Positions 1 through 12,617 of a stretch of 64,000 nucleotides of DNA are shown in pieces. The notes below the pieces were generated by a model. It did not search any database, was not told the origin of the DNA, and saw only the letters and a program-made list of their open reading frames with translations. Location of the stretch: the NCBI RefSeq assembly GCF_963921235.1, contig NC_086097.1, positions 195,674,001 through 195,738,000 on the forward strand. Reading direction: 5' to 3'. This DNA comes from Mobula hypostoma (Eukaryota). The position numbers and the translations under genes were made by a program. Position 1 is the first letter of the stretch. Each line of letters begins with the position of its first letter.

Positions 1-630
1 GAGGGGGAGATCCAAAATAATAGGAGAAGGCAGGAGGGGAACGGATGGAGCTGAGAGCTGGAAAGTTGATTGGCAACAGGGATATGAGCGGATCATGGGA
101 CAGGAGGCCTAGGGAGAAAGAAAGGGGGAGGGGGGAAGCCCAGAAGATGGACAAGGAGTATAGTCAGAGGGACAGAGGGAGAAAAAGGAGAGAGAGAGAA
201 AAAAATTAATAATAAATAAATAAATAACGGATAGGGTACGAAGGGGAGGTGGGGCATTAACGGAAGTTAGAGAAGTCAATGTTCGTGCCATCAGGTTGGA
301 GGCTACCCAAACGGAATATAAGGTGTTATTCCTCCAACCTGAGTGTGGCTTCATCTTGACAGTAGAGGAGGCCATGGACAGACATATCAGAAGGGGAATG
401 GGACGTGGAATTAAATGTGTGGCCACTGGGAGATCCTGCTTTCTCAGGCAGACAGAGCGTAGGTGTTCAGCGAAACGATCTCCCAGTCTGCATCGGGGCA
501 TGTGTAGCACTTGTTCCACTTACAAGGATAAGTGCCAGGAAGGAGATCGGTGGAAAGGGATGGGGGGGATGAATGGACAAGGGAGTCGCATAGGGAGCGA
601 TCCCTGCAGAAAGCAGCGAGGGGGGGAGGA
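1..630 (-). mobile_element. Penelope-like element (PLE) 3' fragment with an internal deletion of the GIY-YIG core; runs off the window start
   Basis: Near-identical to the PLE copies at 2460 and 44000. Encodes RRLGDRFAEHLRSV..DLPVATH. Near 497 it joins directly to the upstream PGTYPCKWNKCYTCP segment. Confidence 0.85.
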
Positions 631-1811
631 TGTTCCATTATCCCTGGAAAATAAAGGAAGAAGAATGAGAACAAAGGAGAGAGAAATAATAACAAATTGC
701 ACTATGAAATACAAAACACAGTGGTTGCTGGAAATCTGAAATAAAAGATAACGCTAGAAATTCTCACTCAGTTATACAGCATCTGTTGAGAGAAAATGAT
801 GTTAACAGTACAGGTTTTTAACTTCTAATCAGAACTGGCCAGTTGTTCTGAATTTGCTGTCTTTAGGTGAACTGTGCTTGGTTTAACCATCTCTCATTTA
901 AATAAGTAGCAAGCATCTTCTCTCAGGAGAAAACTGAGTCTTGAGGGGGCAGAAAAATTGATGGAAATTTGGCAACCTAAAGCATTAGCTCTGTTTTTCG
1001 CTGCACAAATTCTACTTGACATATTGAGTATTTCCAGCAATTTTTGTTTTTTGTTATTTCAATGTTTATATTGCAAATTTCTAATTTCTATTGGATCTTG
1101 CTTTTATAAGCATGCCTGTAACTTATGTGAAGACAATAGGATGGATCATTTCTAACGCCAGGCATATTCTGGTGTCCTGATGGAAGAGTTGGTTTTGTGC
1201 AGTGGTAATGGGTGAGACTGGTGTTGCCAACTTCTGCCCAGCTGCTGTTCTGGTGGACCCCTCATGGCATTCAAGGAGCTCCTGCAGGTTCCCTGGCACT
1301 TGGGCTGGGAAATCTTCCCACTCATACTTTGCTTGGTTTAACCTGTTCTCACTTAAATGAAGAAAAGGCATCAGCTCCGAGGAGAAAAGTGAGTAATTAT
1401 CTCTTCACTTAATTTAGTTTAAATGATTTTAATTGATTCTCTGTGTGCGGCTGTGCTTTTAGCTTCCAAAAATCTAACAAAATTTTTCAATTATTTGAAC
1501 CATTTTTTTAAACATGCCTTGAGTGAAATGTTTGTGAATATCAAACATCAAGCTTTAACAGTTCATGAATTATGGTAGGGATGGTGCCTGACTGCTGGTG
1601 AAAGCCTTTTTGTAAGTGCACTTTGGAATTACAAGGGCTGTCTGCAGAGAGTCTGGCCAGGGAGCCGAACTGTTACAAACAGCACAGCACAGGGGCAGAT
1701 GGCCTGTGATTTTGGGCAACAGAAATTTTGTCCCTATTTATACAGCAAGTCAGGTGAACAGAAATTGTAAATGTTGTGACTTTTTCCATGCTTTACTTGG
1801 GAATCCCTTAG

Positions 1812-2026
1812 AATCTCATTCCTGCCTGTGGCCATCAAACTTTACAAATCCTCCCTTGGAGGGTCAGACACCCTGAGCCAATAGGCTCGTCCTGGACTTA
1901 TTTCCTGGCATAATTTACATATTACTATTTAATTATTTATGGTTTTATTACTACTTAATTATTTATGGTGCAATTGTAACCAAAAGCAATTTCCCTCGGG
2001 ATCAATAAAGTATGACTATGACTATG
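1812..2026 (+). mobile_element. Rex1/Babar LINE 3' end
   Basis: Matches the reverse complement of 4933-5150; ends aataaag(tatgac)n. Confidence 0.8.
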
Positions 2027-2039
2027 AGGACAGTACTTC

Positions 2040-2392
2040 ATAGAGATACATAGCATGGACAGAGGTCTTTGGCTCAATTGGTCCATGCCAACTAAGATGC
2101 TTTATCCAGACTATTCCCATTTGCCAGCATTTGGCCCAAAACCTTCTAAACCTTTCCAATACATGTACCTATCCAACTATTTTTTTTAACTGTCTATTAC
2201 CTTACCTGCCTCAACCACTTTCTTGGTTCGTTCCCTGTACACAATACCATTTGTGTGAAAAAAAAGTTGTCCTTCAAGTTCCTATTAAATATTTATCCTC
2301 TCGTCTTAAACCAAAGCCTTTTCATTCTTAGTTCCCTAGCCCTGGGGAAAAGAAAAGACAGAATGCATTCACCCTATCTGTGCCCTTCATGA
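2040..2392 (-). mobile_element. CR1 LINE 3' fragment (decayed)
   Basis: Resembles the other CR1 3' ends in the window (ORF2 C-terminus plus 3'UTR). Confidence 0.6.
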
Positions 2393-2460
2393 GGATTTGG
2401 TTTCAATCAGTCATCCAACTGACCTAAGAAGTAAAACCAAAGACATTAATATTTTTAATA

Positions 2461-3235
2461 CACAAACAACAGGAATTCTGCAGATGCTGGAAATTCAAGC
2501 AACACACATCAAAGTTGCTGGTGAACGCAGCAGGCCAGGCAGCATCTCTAGGAAGAGGTACAGTTGACATTTCAGGCCAAGACCCTTCGTCAGGACTAAC
2601 TGAAGGAAGAGTGAGTAAGGGATTTGAAAGTGGGAGGGGGAGGGGGAGATCCAAAATGATAGGAGAAGACAGGAGGGGGAGGGATGGAGCCAAGAGCTGG
2701 ACAGGTGATTGGCAAAGGGAATATGGAGGATCATGGGACAGGAGGCCCGGGGAGAAAGACCAATGGGAGGGGAACCCAGAGGATGGGCAAGGGGTATAGT
2801 CAGAGGGACAGAGGGAGAAAAAGGAGAGTGAAAGAAAGAATGCGTGTATAAAAATAAATACAGGATGGGGTACGAGGGGGAGGTGGGGCACTAGCGGAAG
2901 CTAGAGAAGTCAATGTTCATGCCATCAGGTTGGAGGCTACCCAGACGGAATATAAGGTGTTGTTCCTCCAACCTGAGTGTGGCTTCACCTTTACAGTAGA
3001 GGAGGCCATGGATAGACATGTCAGAATGGGAATGGGATGTGGAATTAAAATGTCTAGCTACTGGGAGATCCTGCTTTCTCTGGCGGACAGAGCGTAGGTG
3101 TTCAGCACAGCAGTCTCCCAGTCTGCGTCGGGTCTCGCCAATAAATAGAAGGCCACATTGGGAGCACAGGACGCAGTATATCACCCCAGCCGACTCACAG
3201 GTGAAGTGTCGCCTCAACTGGGAGGACTGTCTGGA
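2461..3235 (-). mobile_element. 5'-truncated Penelope-like element with GIY-YIG endonuclease ORF and 3' tail
   Basis: ORF 2891-3241 reads GVIYCVLCSQCGLLFIGETRRRLGD..EH; the tail carries a hammerhead motif at 2562-2597. Confidence 0.9.
2562..2597 (-). ncRNA. Minimal type I hammerhead ribozyme motif (PLE-associated)
   Basis: Minus strand agtc-CTGACGA-agggtcttggcct-GAAA-tGTC-aact. Confidence 0.65.
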
Positions 3236-4267
3236 TATCATTTCATTTCAGAACCATGTGGACATTCACCACAAAGCCTGAAACATACTTTCCATAAACC
3301 TAAAAATGTTTTGATATTTTCATAAAATCATCTGTAAAAACCTTCCGCAACATAAATAATGTTTGGGCTTTGACTGCAAGAAATGTATATTTTCTCTAAA
3401 AATATGTTAAAGTATTGCAAGTGTTGGAGAACATGATGTTTCTCCCCCCATTTTATAATTGCAAATGTATGGGACAGATTTCAGTGAAGTAAAGTTAAGC
3501 CTTTCTCAAATATTTAGTCAAGAATAAGCGGTTACAAATGGAAGGACAGAATCTGGAGCATAGACAAAATGTTAAAGGATGTTTTTCAAAATAATTTGAG
3601 TTAAACAGAATCAACCTAGTAAGGGTTCTTTGCAAGGTACTATTCAAATCAATAAATCTATTAAAATCCATGCAGGTTGAATGAAAACCCAGCTTGTTAG
3701 TTAGTCTTCAGGAATAATAAGGCTTCAAAATTACTTTAAATGAATTGTGCTGTCAATCACATAAAATTGCCAGTCACAGTTCACTGCATTTTAAGTAAGA
3801 AAACTATTAGTGGCTTGTTTTTGGCTTGAGTCCAAATGAAAGGTTTCAACCTGAAATGTTGACTGTCTATTTCTCTTTATAGATGCTACCTGAGTTCCCG
3901 TTGCTCTTTGATTTCCAGCATGTATCTCCACTGGCTTGTTTATCATTACTAGCAATATAGTATGAAACTAGGCTGTAAATAAATTTTAGAGTTTGTGTCT
4001 TCATTAACATGACCAAATATTTCTGTAGGTTAAAATATGTGTGGCTAAAATATATCACTATTTGGCTGTTGAAAGTGATCTGCACATCAGTGTGGTCTTC
4101 CTCAGAGAAACTTATCCATCATCAGGGTAGATGCATTTCTCAATAATGAAAGCCTCTGATATCATGAAAGGAATGTCCGAGGAAAGAGAAAGAGCTGAAA
4201 ATCACCCATTCAGACCAAAAGCTGATGACTACACACTGAACAGATGAAAGCAACCTCCAGGTTTATA

Positions 4268-4545
4268 GGTGCCATGGTAATGTAGTTATTAGCGCGATAT
4301 TATTACAACTCAGTGTCAGAGTTCAGAGTTCAGAGTTCAATTCTGGTGTCGCTGGTTAGGAGTCTCTGTGTGTCCTCCCCATGGAATGTGATGGTTTTCA
4401 CCAGGTAAGTTAATTGGTCATTGTAAGTTGTCCCATGATTAGGTTAGGGTCAATCGGGGTTGTTGGGGGTTGCTGGGGTGGTGTGGCTCGAAGGGCCAGA
4501 AGGCCAAACTTCATGCTGCATTGCTAAATAAATAAATAAATAAAT
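4268..4545 (+). mobile_element. tRNA-derived SINE (V-SINE/HE1-like), decayed
   Basis: A/B-box-like head, partial V-domain and (aaat)n tail; homologous to 14935-15218. Confidence 0.65.
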
Positions 4546-4932
4546 TATTGGAGCTTGAAAAATCTTGGTATTAGAATTGTCATCCATGATGCACAAGATC
4601 CAATGTCTTTCCTTTTCAATAGCCAACATTTGCTGCTGCGTTCATTCTCCAGGAATTAACTTTATGTTTCTGTCAATGTAAACAGGTGGATAACCAACCT
4701 GTGGAGATGCCCTCAACAGTTCCACTGAAACTTTTTTTTATAAATCAAAAGCTTACTAATTTCCAGCTGATCTTGGGGGTTTCCATTTGAAATGTGTATT
4801 CTGGCCCTAAAAATAAATCAAGAGGATTTCTATTCAAATTATTGAAAATATATTCAGTCAGATTATGGAGAGTTTGATCTTGTGATTGAACACTCTAGTA
4901 AGGTGTATTGTTGAAAATATCCTGACTGGGTT

Positions 4933-5850
4933 GTCATAGTCATAGTCATACTTTATTGAACCTGGGGGAAATTGGTTTTCGTTACAGTTGCACCATAAAT
5001 AATTAAATAGTAATAAAACCATAAATAGTTAAATAGTGATATGTAAATTATTCCAGGAAATAAGTCCAGGACCAGCCTATTGGCTCAGGGTGTCTGACCC
5101 TCCAAGGGAGGAGTTGTAAAGTTTGATGGCCACAAGCAGGAATGACTTCCTATGATGCTCTGTGTTGCATCTCGGTGGAATGAGTCTCTGGCTGAATGTA
5201 CTCCTGTGCCCACCCAGTACATTATGTAGTGGATGGGAGACATTGTCCAAGATGGCATGCAACTTGGACAGCATCCTCTTTTCAGACACCACAGTGAGAG
5301 AGGCCAATTCCATCCCCACAACATCACTGGCCTTACGAATGAGTTTGTTGATTCTGTTGGTGTCTGCTACTCTCAGCCTGCTGCCCCAGCACACAACAGC
5401 AAACATGATCGCACTGGCCACCACAGAATCGTAGAACATCCTCAGCATCATCCAGCAGATGTTAAAGGACCTCAGTCTCCTCAGGAAATAGAGACGGCTC
5501 TGACCCTTCTTGTAGACAGCCTCAGTGTTCTTTGACCAGTCCAGTTTATTGTCAATTCGTATCCCCAGGTATTTGTAATCCTCCACCATGTCCACACTGA
5601 CCCCCTGGATGGAAACAGGGGTCACCGGTACCTTAGCTCTCCTCAGGTCTACCACCAGCTCCTTAGTCTTTTTCACATTAAGCTGCAGATAATTCTGCTC
5701 ACACTATGTGACAAAGTTTCCTACCGTAGCCCTGTACTCAGCCTCATCTCCCTTGCTGATGCATCCAACTATGGCAGAGTCATCCGAAAACTTCTGAAGA
5801 TGACATGACTCTGTGCAGTAGTTGAAGTCCGAGTTGTAAATGGTGAAGAG
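4933..5850 (-). mobile_element. Rex1/Babar LINE, 5'-truncated (RT C-terminus)
   Basis: ORFs read QKFSDDSAIVG and KTKELVVDLRR..YKYLG..SRLYFLRRLRSF; (ctatga)n tail at 4933-4950. Confidence 0.88.
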
Positions 5851-6135
5851 CACCATTGTCTGGTAAGGCAACTCAAGTGTTGAGGAATGTAAGAAGCTGC
5901 AGAGAGTGGTGGACTGTGCCCAGTACATTGCAGGCACGTCCCTCCCCACCACTGGTTGTTTCTATAGGAGGCACTGCCTTGAGAAGGCAATATCTATCAT
6001 CAAAGATACCCACCACTGAGGCCGTGCCATCTTTTTGCAGATACATTGGGCAGAAGGCACAGATGCTTGAAATTCCACACGAGCCGGTTCAAGAACAACT
6101 ACTTACGTTCAACCATTTAGCTCTTCAACCAACTG
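5851..6135 (+). mobile_element. Decayed Rex1-like LINE 3' fragment
   Basis: Reads ..KKLQRVVDCAQYI.., homologous to the other Rex1-like C-termini in the window. Confidence 0.55.
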
Positions 6136-6155
6136 GTTAACCCCTAATCACCAAT

Positions 6156-6246
6156 ACACACAAAATGCTGGTGGAACACAGCAGGCCAGACGGCATCCAT
6201 AGGAAGAAGTACAGTCGACGTTTCGGGCCGAGACCCTTTGTCAGGA
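6156..6246 (-). mobile_element. Short PLE-tail element with hammerhead motif
   Basis: Minus strand tcCTGACAAagggtctcggcccGAAACGTCgact followed by the PLE tail. Confidence 0.75.
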
Positions 6247-6254
6247 ACAACGTG

Positions 6255-6640
6255 TGCGTGAGTGGATTTTAGGTGAGTAGGGGGTTGCACAGGTCCAGAC
6301 CCACCCTCTCGACATCCCCTCCTGGATCCAGCGGCATGGTGGGGTCCAAGATGACTGGGGAAGTTCTGTTGCAATGAATGGCCAGACCAAGCTTCAATAT
6401 AAGGGATGCCCTTTCCACGCTCCATGGCACGTGTTTGCTAGATGACTGTTGACCCTACGAGAGGGTTCATCCACCCTTTGACAGGTCTTGTCTTTCATCC
6501 TGCAAGGTGTCTAGCCACCTTCCTCACCAGGCAAGCCAGGTGGCGGAGCTGGTTTAGTCGCCGACCGCCCAACCATGCGACAGGTAGTACTAGGTTACAT
6601 GGTACCAGTAGCACTCAGATGAGTGACCTGACCAGAAAGC
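6255..6640. mobile_element. GC-rich interspersed repeat, possibly an RTE-type LINE UTR
   Basis: Sharp GC/CpG-rich block in an AT-rich background; family assignment is tentative. Confidence 0.3.
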
Positions 6641-7308
6641 TCCCAGAATAATAGGACAAGGACAGGACAAAAGTTATGATTTTGACTTGAATTCTTGTAC
6701 TTTCTTTATTGCTGATTATCAGGTCTGTTCCACACCAGAAAATAATAGAAAAATATTGACTTAGTCCAAAGCTCATCTACTTGCAATGAGCAGAAGCCTG
6801 AAATGCAAGATCTGCTGAATGATGTAAGCTTATTTTCAGTCCCAGTATTCTTAAACTGCCTGAGGAAACCTTTCCATGGATGCCTGACAAAGCACCATAG
6901 CCAATTCCTTATCCTCCTTTGATGTGCCAGCTTATTTTATATATAAAAGTAGCAAGAAGTCAGCTTTTTAAGTGCGTCTACCCTAGCTTACCTAATTTGT
7001 TCTTCGTCGTGGTGCAAACAAGTGCTGGATATGGCTGAATAACTATAATAATGAGAATTGCAGAAGTAATTTTTGGTTATGAGGTACACCTAAGCTCTCC
7101 TGATGATGTGAAAGGTGCTAAATGAATGTACGTTCTTTTCTATCCCTTACAGTAATTAGCCAAGATGATATTATCTGTAAATGTTGCTTTGATTTCTAAT
7201 TTTCTATTCTTTCTTCTGGAGAAGCACATTCAGAACTGTCAACAACATGTTTGCTGAAACGGATTATGGGCACCTAAACGTATACATAGCACTTTAATCA
7301 AAAGAGGT

Positions 7309-7331
7309 GATATATATATATATATATATAT
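7309..7331. repeat. (TA)n microsatellite
   Basis: Direct reading. Confidence 0.95.
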
Positions 7332-8384
7332 CAATAAGAATGTACAATTCTCTCTCTAGTGAGTGAAGCTTGCTGGTCTGTTTGCTTTTTTTCTATTCTT
7401 TTCACAGAAAATATAGCTGATGGGAGACCACACTTTTAAAATTGAAGTCACAGAAATTTTTGGCGTAGTTCAGAACTATGACAAACCAATGCACTTTGCT
7501 GCTGATTATATCTTGAAAATAATTATTTATTAACCTCAATGGAAATTCTAGTGCATACTTTAGGTAAAAGACAAATGTGTGCCAAAAATATAAACCAAAA
7601 GCAATTTTCTATTGTTTAAATAATTCCAGATGTGAAGGAAAACCTGTGCAAGAAGAATGAACCCTTTGATTTATTTTGCTTTTTTATCACTTTCAAATCC
7701 AAATCTTAAGCTTGTGCTCTCTCATCCAATTGCATATCCCTACAATAATTATTGTATGAAAATAAATATTTAGATATTGCCACATTAGTACCTTCAATGA
7801 GTGGAATTTAAATGTATCTCTATTTAAAACAAGTAGCTCATGGGCTGAAATTAAACTGACCTCTATTCATTTCTATGCTGCTCACACTCCAATTTGCTGG
7901 TCAGGATGTCGCTGTGGTGCATTGCACATCAGGGGATAAAAACAAACAATCATTAAAAACCTGAGTTCAAGCCATGCATTCCACATTGCCTCTGAGATCC
8001 CCTGAGTTATACTGAGAGGCTCTGTGAGTGCATCGAGCCCAGAAGGAAAAATAAACATTGTTCTACATAAGAAAATGTTTTCCATTGAAACAGTTCTGTG
8101 TACTTTTGAGAAAAAATATATTTCTACTGTCATCACAGTATCATCTAATGTCTTCAAACAAACCAAAGCTGGATATTCTTGTTAGGGGCAACATACTCCA
8201 TCATTTTTGGTTAATTTTGCGTCTGGCTGTAGCAATCAGCTGGAATAGTTTTGCTGTTTGAAGAAATTAATAATTACTGTTAAATGTCAGAGGGAAACTT
8301 GAATTTTTTTTTTACAGTTTTTGCTTTTCACATCTCGCCATAGGTAAGATCAATAGCATTGTATAAAGGATAATTCAAAACAAA

Positions 8385-8985
8385 GAGTCATAGAGCATAA
8401 AGCAATATGGTACGGATACAGGCCCTTCAGTTCGAGTCTATGCTAACCACAGGTCCCAACAAGCTTGTCACAATTTCCTGCATCAGCCCATATCCCTCTA
8501 AATCCTATCCCTCCACAAACTTATCCAGTGCTTCTTAAATAATACTATTGTACCTGTCTCAGACAGCTCATTCCATATTTTCACCACTCTCTGTGTGAAA
8601 AAGTTGCCTTTCAGGTCCCTTTTCAATCTTTCTCCTTTCATCCTAAATCTATCATTCCCTAGTTTTGTCCAGGGAAAATACCTGTACTGTCCACCTTATC
8701 AATACCGCTCATAATGTGAACTGTTTCTCCAGGACCGCCCTTGGTTCTCCTATATTCCAAGAAATAAAGACTTAAACTGGTTGACTTTTTCCTATAACTC
8801 AGACCCTCCAGTTCTGGCAATGTCCTTGTAAATCTTTCTGCATTCTTTCCAGTTTAACTGGACTTTATTTTAACAGGGTGACATAATTTATGCTTAGTGC
8901 TCCAAGCACAAGCTCTCGAATGCCTTAAACAACTGAAATATATTGCCCCAACTCCTATATTCATTGCCTTGACTGATGAAGACCA
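8385..8985 (-). mobile_element. Decayed CR1 3' fragment
   Basis: Similar to the CR1 ORF2 C-terminus and 3'UTR seen elsewhere in the window. Confidence 0.6.
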
Positions 8986-8989
8986 GCCT

Positions 8990-9790
8990 TTTTCAGTACA
9001 CAATCAACTAAGAGCTATGCACTTGTACTCCAAAACCTGGACCTCTGTACTTCCCTCTACCACTGGATCCTTGACTTCCTCACTAAGATCAGAAATAACA
9101 CCTCCCCCTTGCTAATAATCAACACTGGTGCACCTTAAGAATGTGTGCTTAGCCCACAGCTCTCTGTACACCTACAGTTGTGGTTAGGCACAACTCAAAC
9201 ATCATCTATAAATTTGCACAGTTTTGGGCAGAATTTCAGGTGATGATGATGAGGTGTACTGGAATGAGATGGATCAGCTGGTTGAATAATGTCTCAGCAA
9301 CAACCTTGCAGTCAATGTCGGTAAGACCAAGGATTTGATTGTGCACTTCAGGAAGGGGAAGTTGAGGGAGCACACACAGGTCCAAATCAAAGTGGAATGG
9401 GTAAGCATTTTCAGGTTCCTTGGTGTCAACATCACTGAGGATCTATCCTGGGCCCAACATAATGATGCAATTATGAGGAAGGCACAACAGCGTCAATATT
9501 TCATTAGGAGTTTGAGGAGAGTTGGTACGTCAGCAAATATACTTTTCTACCGACCTATCATGGAGAGTATTCTGACTGGCTGTATCACCACCTGGTATGG
9601 AGGGGCCACCACACAGCATCAAATAAAGCTGCAGGAAGTTGTAAACTTAGCCAACTCCATCATGGACACTAGCCTCCCCTGCAGCCAAGACATCTCTTCT
9701 ACCATCAAATTTCTGAATGCACAAAGAACCCATAAACACTTCATGAACACTTCCTCAGTACTTTCCTGCTCCCTTTTTGCATGACATGTG
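8990..9790 (+). mobile_element. Decayed Rex1/Babar LINE RT region
   Basis: ORF 9335-9784 reads FRFLGVNITEDLSW..AQQRQYFIRSLRR..ESILTGCITTWYG. Confidence 0.8.
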
Positions 9791-10302
9791 TGTAGAAGTA
9801 AGCCATTGGCTTTGACTGCCAATGACTTTGACTTGATGAAATTATAAATACCTGGAGACACAGAATATAATAATGGATTACACTACTGACATTGTTCTGA
9901 AGAGCACAGTTAAAGTGGGGTGTTTCTCTATATTGATTTTACATAAATTAACATGGCATTGCTCAAAATAGGAGTATTCCACCTTTTGTAGCCAGGTACG
10001 TTTTCGAAACCAGCGATCAGATACTGAAGGATACAAAACACAGAGATACGAGACGGCCACTGAGTAACTCTATCCACAGGTAAGTAATTTCCCTGGAAAA
10101 GTAATAGAGTGCTTCCCATAGAGCTGAAGACCTGTTGGCAGATCTTTTGCTCTTGGGAATGACTGCTGGCATGTTAGGTTCCTTAGAAACCCATGTACTT
10201 GTGGCATGTGCATCTGGTTTGCCAGCTGGTATATGGAGAAAGCACAATGAACATTGACAACATACACATTTGGAAAGACCTTAAGTTACCAACAGCAATG
10301 TA

Positions 10303-10562
10303 ATAAGACCATAAGACACAGGAGCAGAATTAGTTCATTCAGCCCATCAAAGCCACTCCACCACTTCATCATGGCTGATCCCATTTAACACCATACACCT
10401 GCCCTCTCATCATATCCCTTGATGCCCCGACCAATCAGGAATCTATCAACTTCCACTTTAAACATACCCACAGACTTGGACTCCATCACAGTCTGTGGCG
10501 GAACATTCCACAGATTCACCACTCTTTGGTTAAAAGAAATTCCTCCTTACTTCAGTTCTAAA
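10303..10562 (-). mobile_element. CR1 3' end
   Basis: QRVVNLWN-type C-terminus on the minus strand, 3'UTR and (cttatggt)-like tail. Confidence 0.75.
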
Positions 10563-11069
10563 TATAGCATGACCTTTTTTGTGGGGAAACGCCAGACTGA
10601 TAATCTGAATCTTTTGATGGCAAATGACATGAAACAAGCAATATTTTGTTTTGAGCAGTCTTGAATAATACGCTGGGTATTTGATCCAGTCTAAAGATTA
10701 TGATTAACATACGAGTATTCAATGGCTAAAAATAGCAAAAGATTGCCATTGTCTACTGTAAAAATAAACTAAAAGTTTGCTATCTGTATCTTAAGACTGG
10801 AAATTTAAGAAACTTAAAATTGTTTGGTGTGAAGGCTGGCCCAGCCTTGTCACAAGCCACTCATTACTCTAAACCCATGCCAGTCTATGTTCAGGAGCTC
10901 CACAGTCTATTCAGCAACTTAGTGCCTAGCTCCAGTCCACTTTTGTGCTGTAGATCACTTCTCTGATGTAGTTAACTCAAGTTCCTACAGTACATTTGTG
11001 AATCTAGCTGACTGGATTTCCCTACAACTGGGGGAACCTAGCAGCTAAATCATGGTGGTAACAGCCAAA

Positions 11070-11405
11070 TAAGATATTAAAGCAGGATTAAGTCATTCGG
11101 CCCTTTGAGTCTGATCTGTCATTTGATCATGGTTGATTTATTTTACCTTCCAATCCCATTCTCCTGTAATTTTAACAGCCTTACTAATCAAGACTGTATC
11201 AAACTCTGCTTTAAGTATACCCAGAGACTTGGCCTCCACTGCCCTCTGGGCAATGAATTCCACAGACTCACCACGCTTTGGCAAAGGATATTCCTTCTCA
11301 TTTCTGTTCTAAAGGGGCATCCTTCTAGACTGAGGCTATTATCTCTGGATCTAGACTCTCCCGTAAATGGAAATATTATCTCCACATCCACTCTGTCTAG
11401 GCCCA
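11070..11405 (-). mobile_element. CR1 3' end
   Basis: ORF 11188-11406 reads GLDRVDVE..FRTEMRRN..QSVVSLWNSLP. Confidence 0.8.
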
Positions 11406-11741
11406 TCTATGAAGGAAGTAACTGGTTCTAAGCCAGGAGGGATGGGTCATTTTTCCCCAGCCTTACAGCAAACTTTTAGCCCATGCTTGCCTGTAGTATG
11501 AACAATTCAATTTTCATGGATAGAAAGATTTGGAAATATGGATTTTTAAGATCCTACCTAACAGCACTATGGGAGTACTTTTACTGGGACTACAGCAGTT
11601 CAAGAAGATGATGGAGCATCACCTTTTCAAGGACTGTCTGTCTGTATCTTGTTTTACGGCAGTTGGCGTAATGGTGCATTACCGCCACCCTCTGCTCCAG
11701 AATGTGCACTAGACATACATTCTAAATCCCTTCACCCAATC

Positions 11742-11756
11742 GCGCGCGCACGCACG

Positions 11757-11810
<54 letters not shown>
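11742..11810. repeat. Compound (CG)n(CA)n(TA)n microsatellite in the LINE 3'UTR
   Basis: Direct reading. Confidence 0.95.
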
Positions 11811-11870
11811 CGAACCTACACTTCACCCTCCCATCTTTGACCATCCTAGTATCCTATTCCTGTTTATTCG

Positions 11871-12617
11871 TCATATTCTATAAAAAACCCCTGTACCCCT
11901 TAAAAACGCTAAAAATACCCGGACTTGTGCTCTCTCACCCATGCCCAGCAACCCTTTTAATGTGAATTCCTGCATCCCCAACTCCCTTAATTTATTTCTC
12001 ATCATCTCTCTCTGTATCCCATACTTCCTGCAACACAAAACTACATGTTCTACTGACTCCTCTTCCTGACATTCCTCACACAATCCTGTCTGGTGTTTCC
12101 CTATCATTTTCAATGTTTTGTTTAATGCACAATGCCCCAGCCTTAACCTAGTCCACACAATTTCCTCTCTTCTGTTTCCATTACCTACCCTAGTAACTGC
12201 AACACTCTTTTGTATTTGATATAAATGCCTCCCTTTCCCCTCCCTGTCCCATCTTTCTTGCCACATTCGGTTGACTTTTTCCCAGATTACACACTTAACC
12301 TCTGCTTTACTGATACTAATGTGCATTTCCACATTTTCTTTCTTTAACGCCCTCTTTGCCAACTCATCCACCCTCTCATTCCCCTTCACCCCTACATGTG
12401 CTGGAACCCATAGAAATTTTACCTGACCTCCCTGATTTGCAATTCTTGTAACTAACTGAAGGACTTCATAATGTACATCTTGCCGACTGTTTGTGTGAAA
12501 AGACCTTAAACTTGCTAGAACTGAGGATGAATCTGAACATATCAATGTTTTGGCTTGTCTGGCTTTCTGCACCCATTGCAACGCAACCAACACTGCCAGC
12601 ATCTCCACTGTAAACAC
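11871..12617 (-). CDS. LINE ORF2 C-terminal fragment: RNase H plus zinc knuckle
   Basis: Open for 248 codons with RNase H catalytic E, D, H and D motifs; the N-terminus is lost by 5' truncation. Confidence 0.75.
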   Translation of the reverse strand: MFTVEMLAVLVALQWVQKARQAKTLICSDSSSVLASLRSFHTNSRQDVHYEVLQLVTRIANQGGQVKFLWVPAHVGVKGNERVDELAKRALKKENVEMHISISKAEVKCVIWEKVNRMWQERWDREGKGRHLYQIQKSVAVTRVGNGNRREEIVWTRLRLGHCALNKTLKMIGKHQTGLCEECQEEESVEHVVLCCRKYGIQREMMRNKLRELGMQEFTLKGLLGMGERAQVRVFLAFLRGTGVFYRI

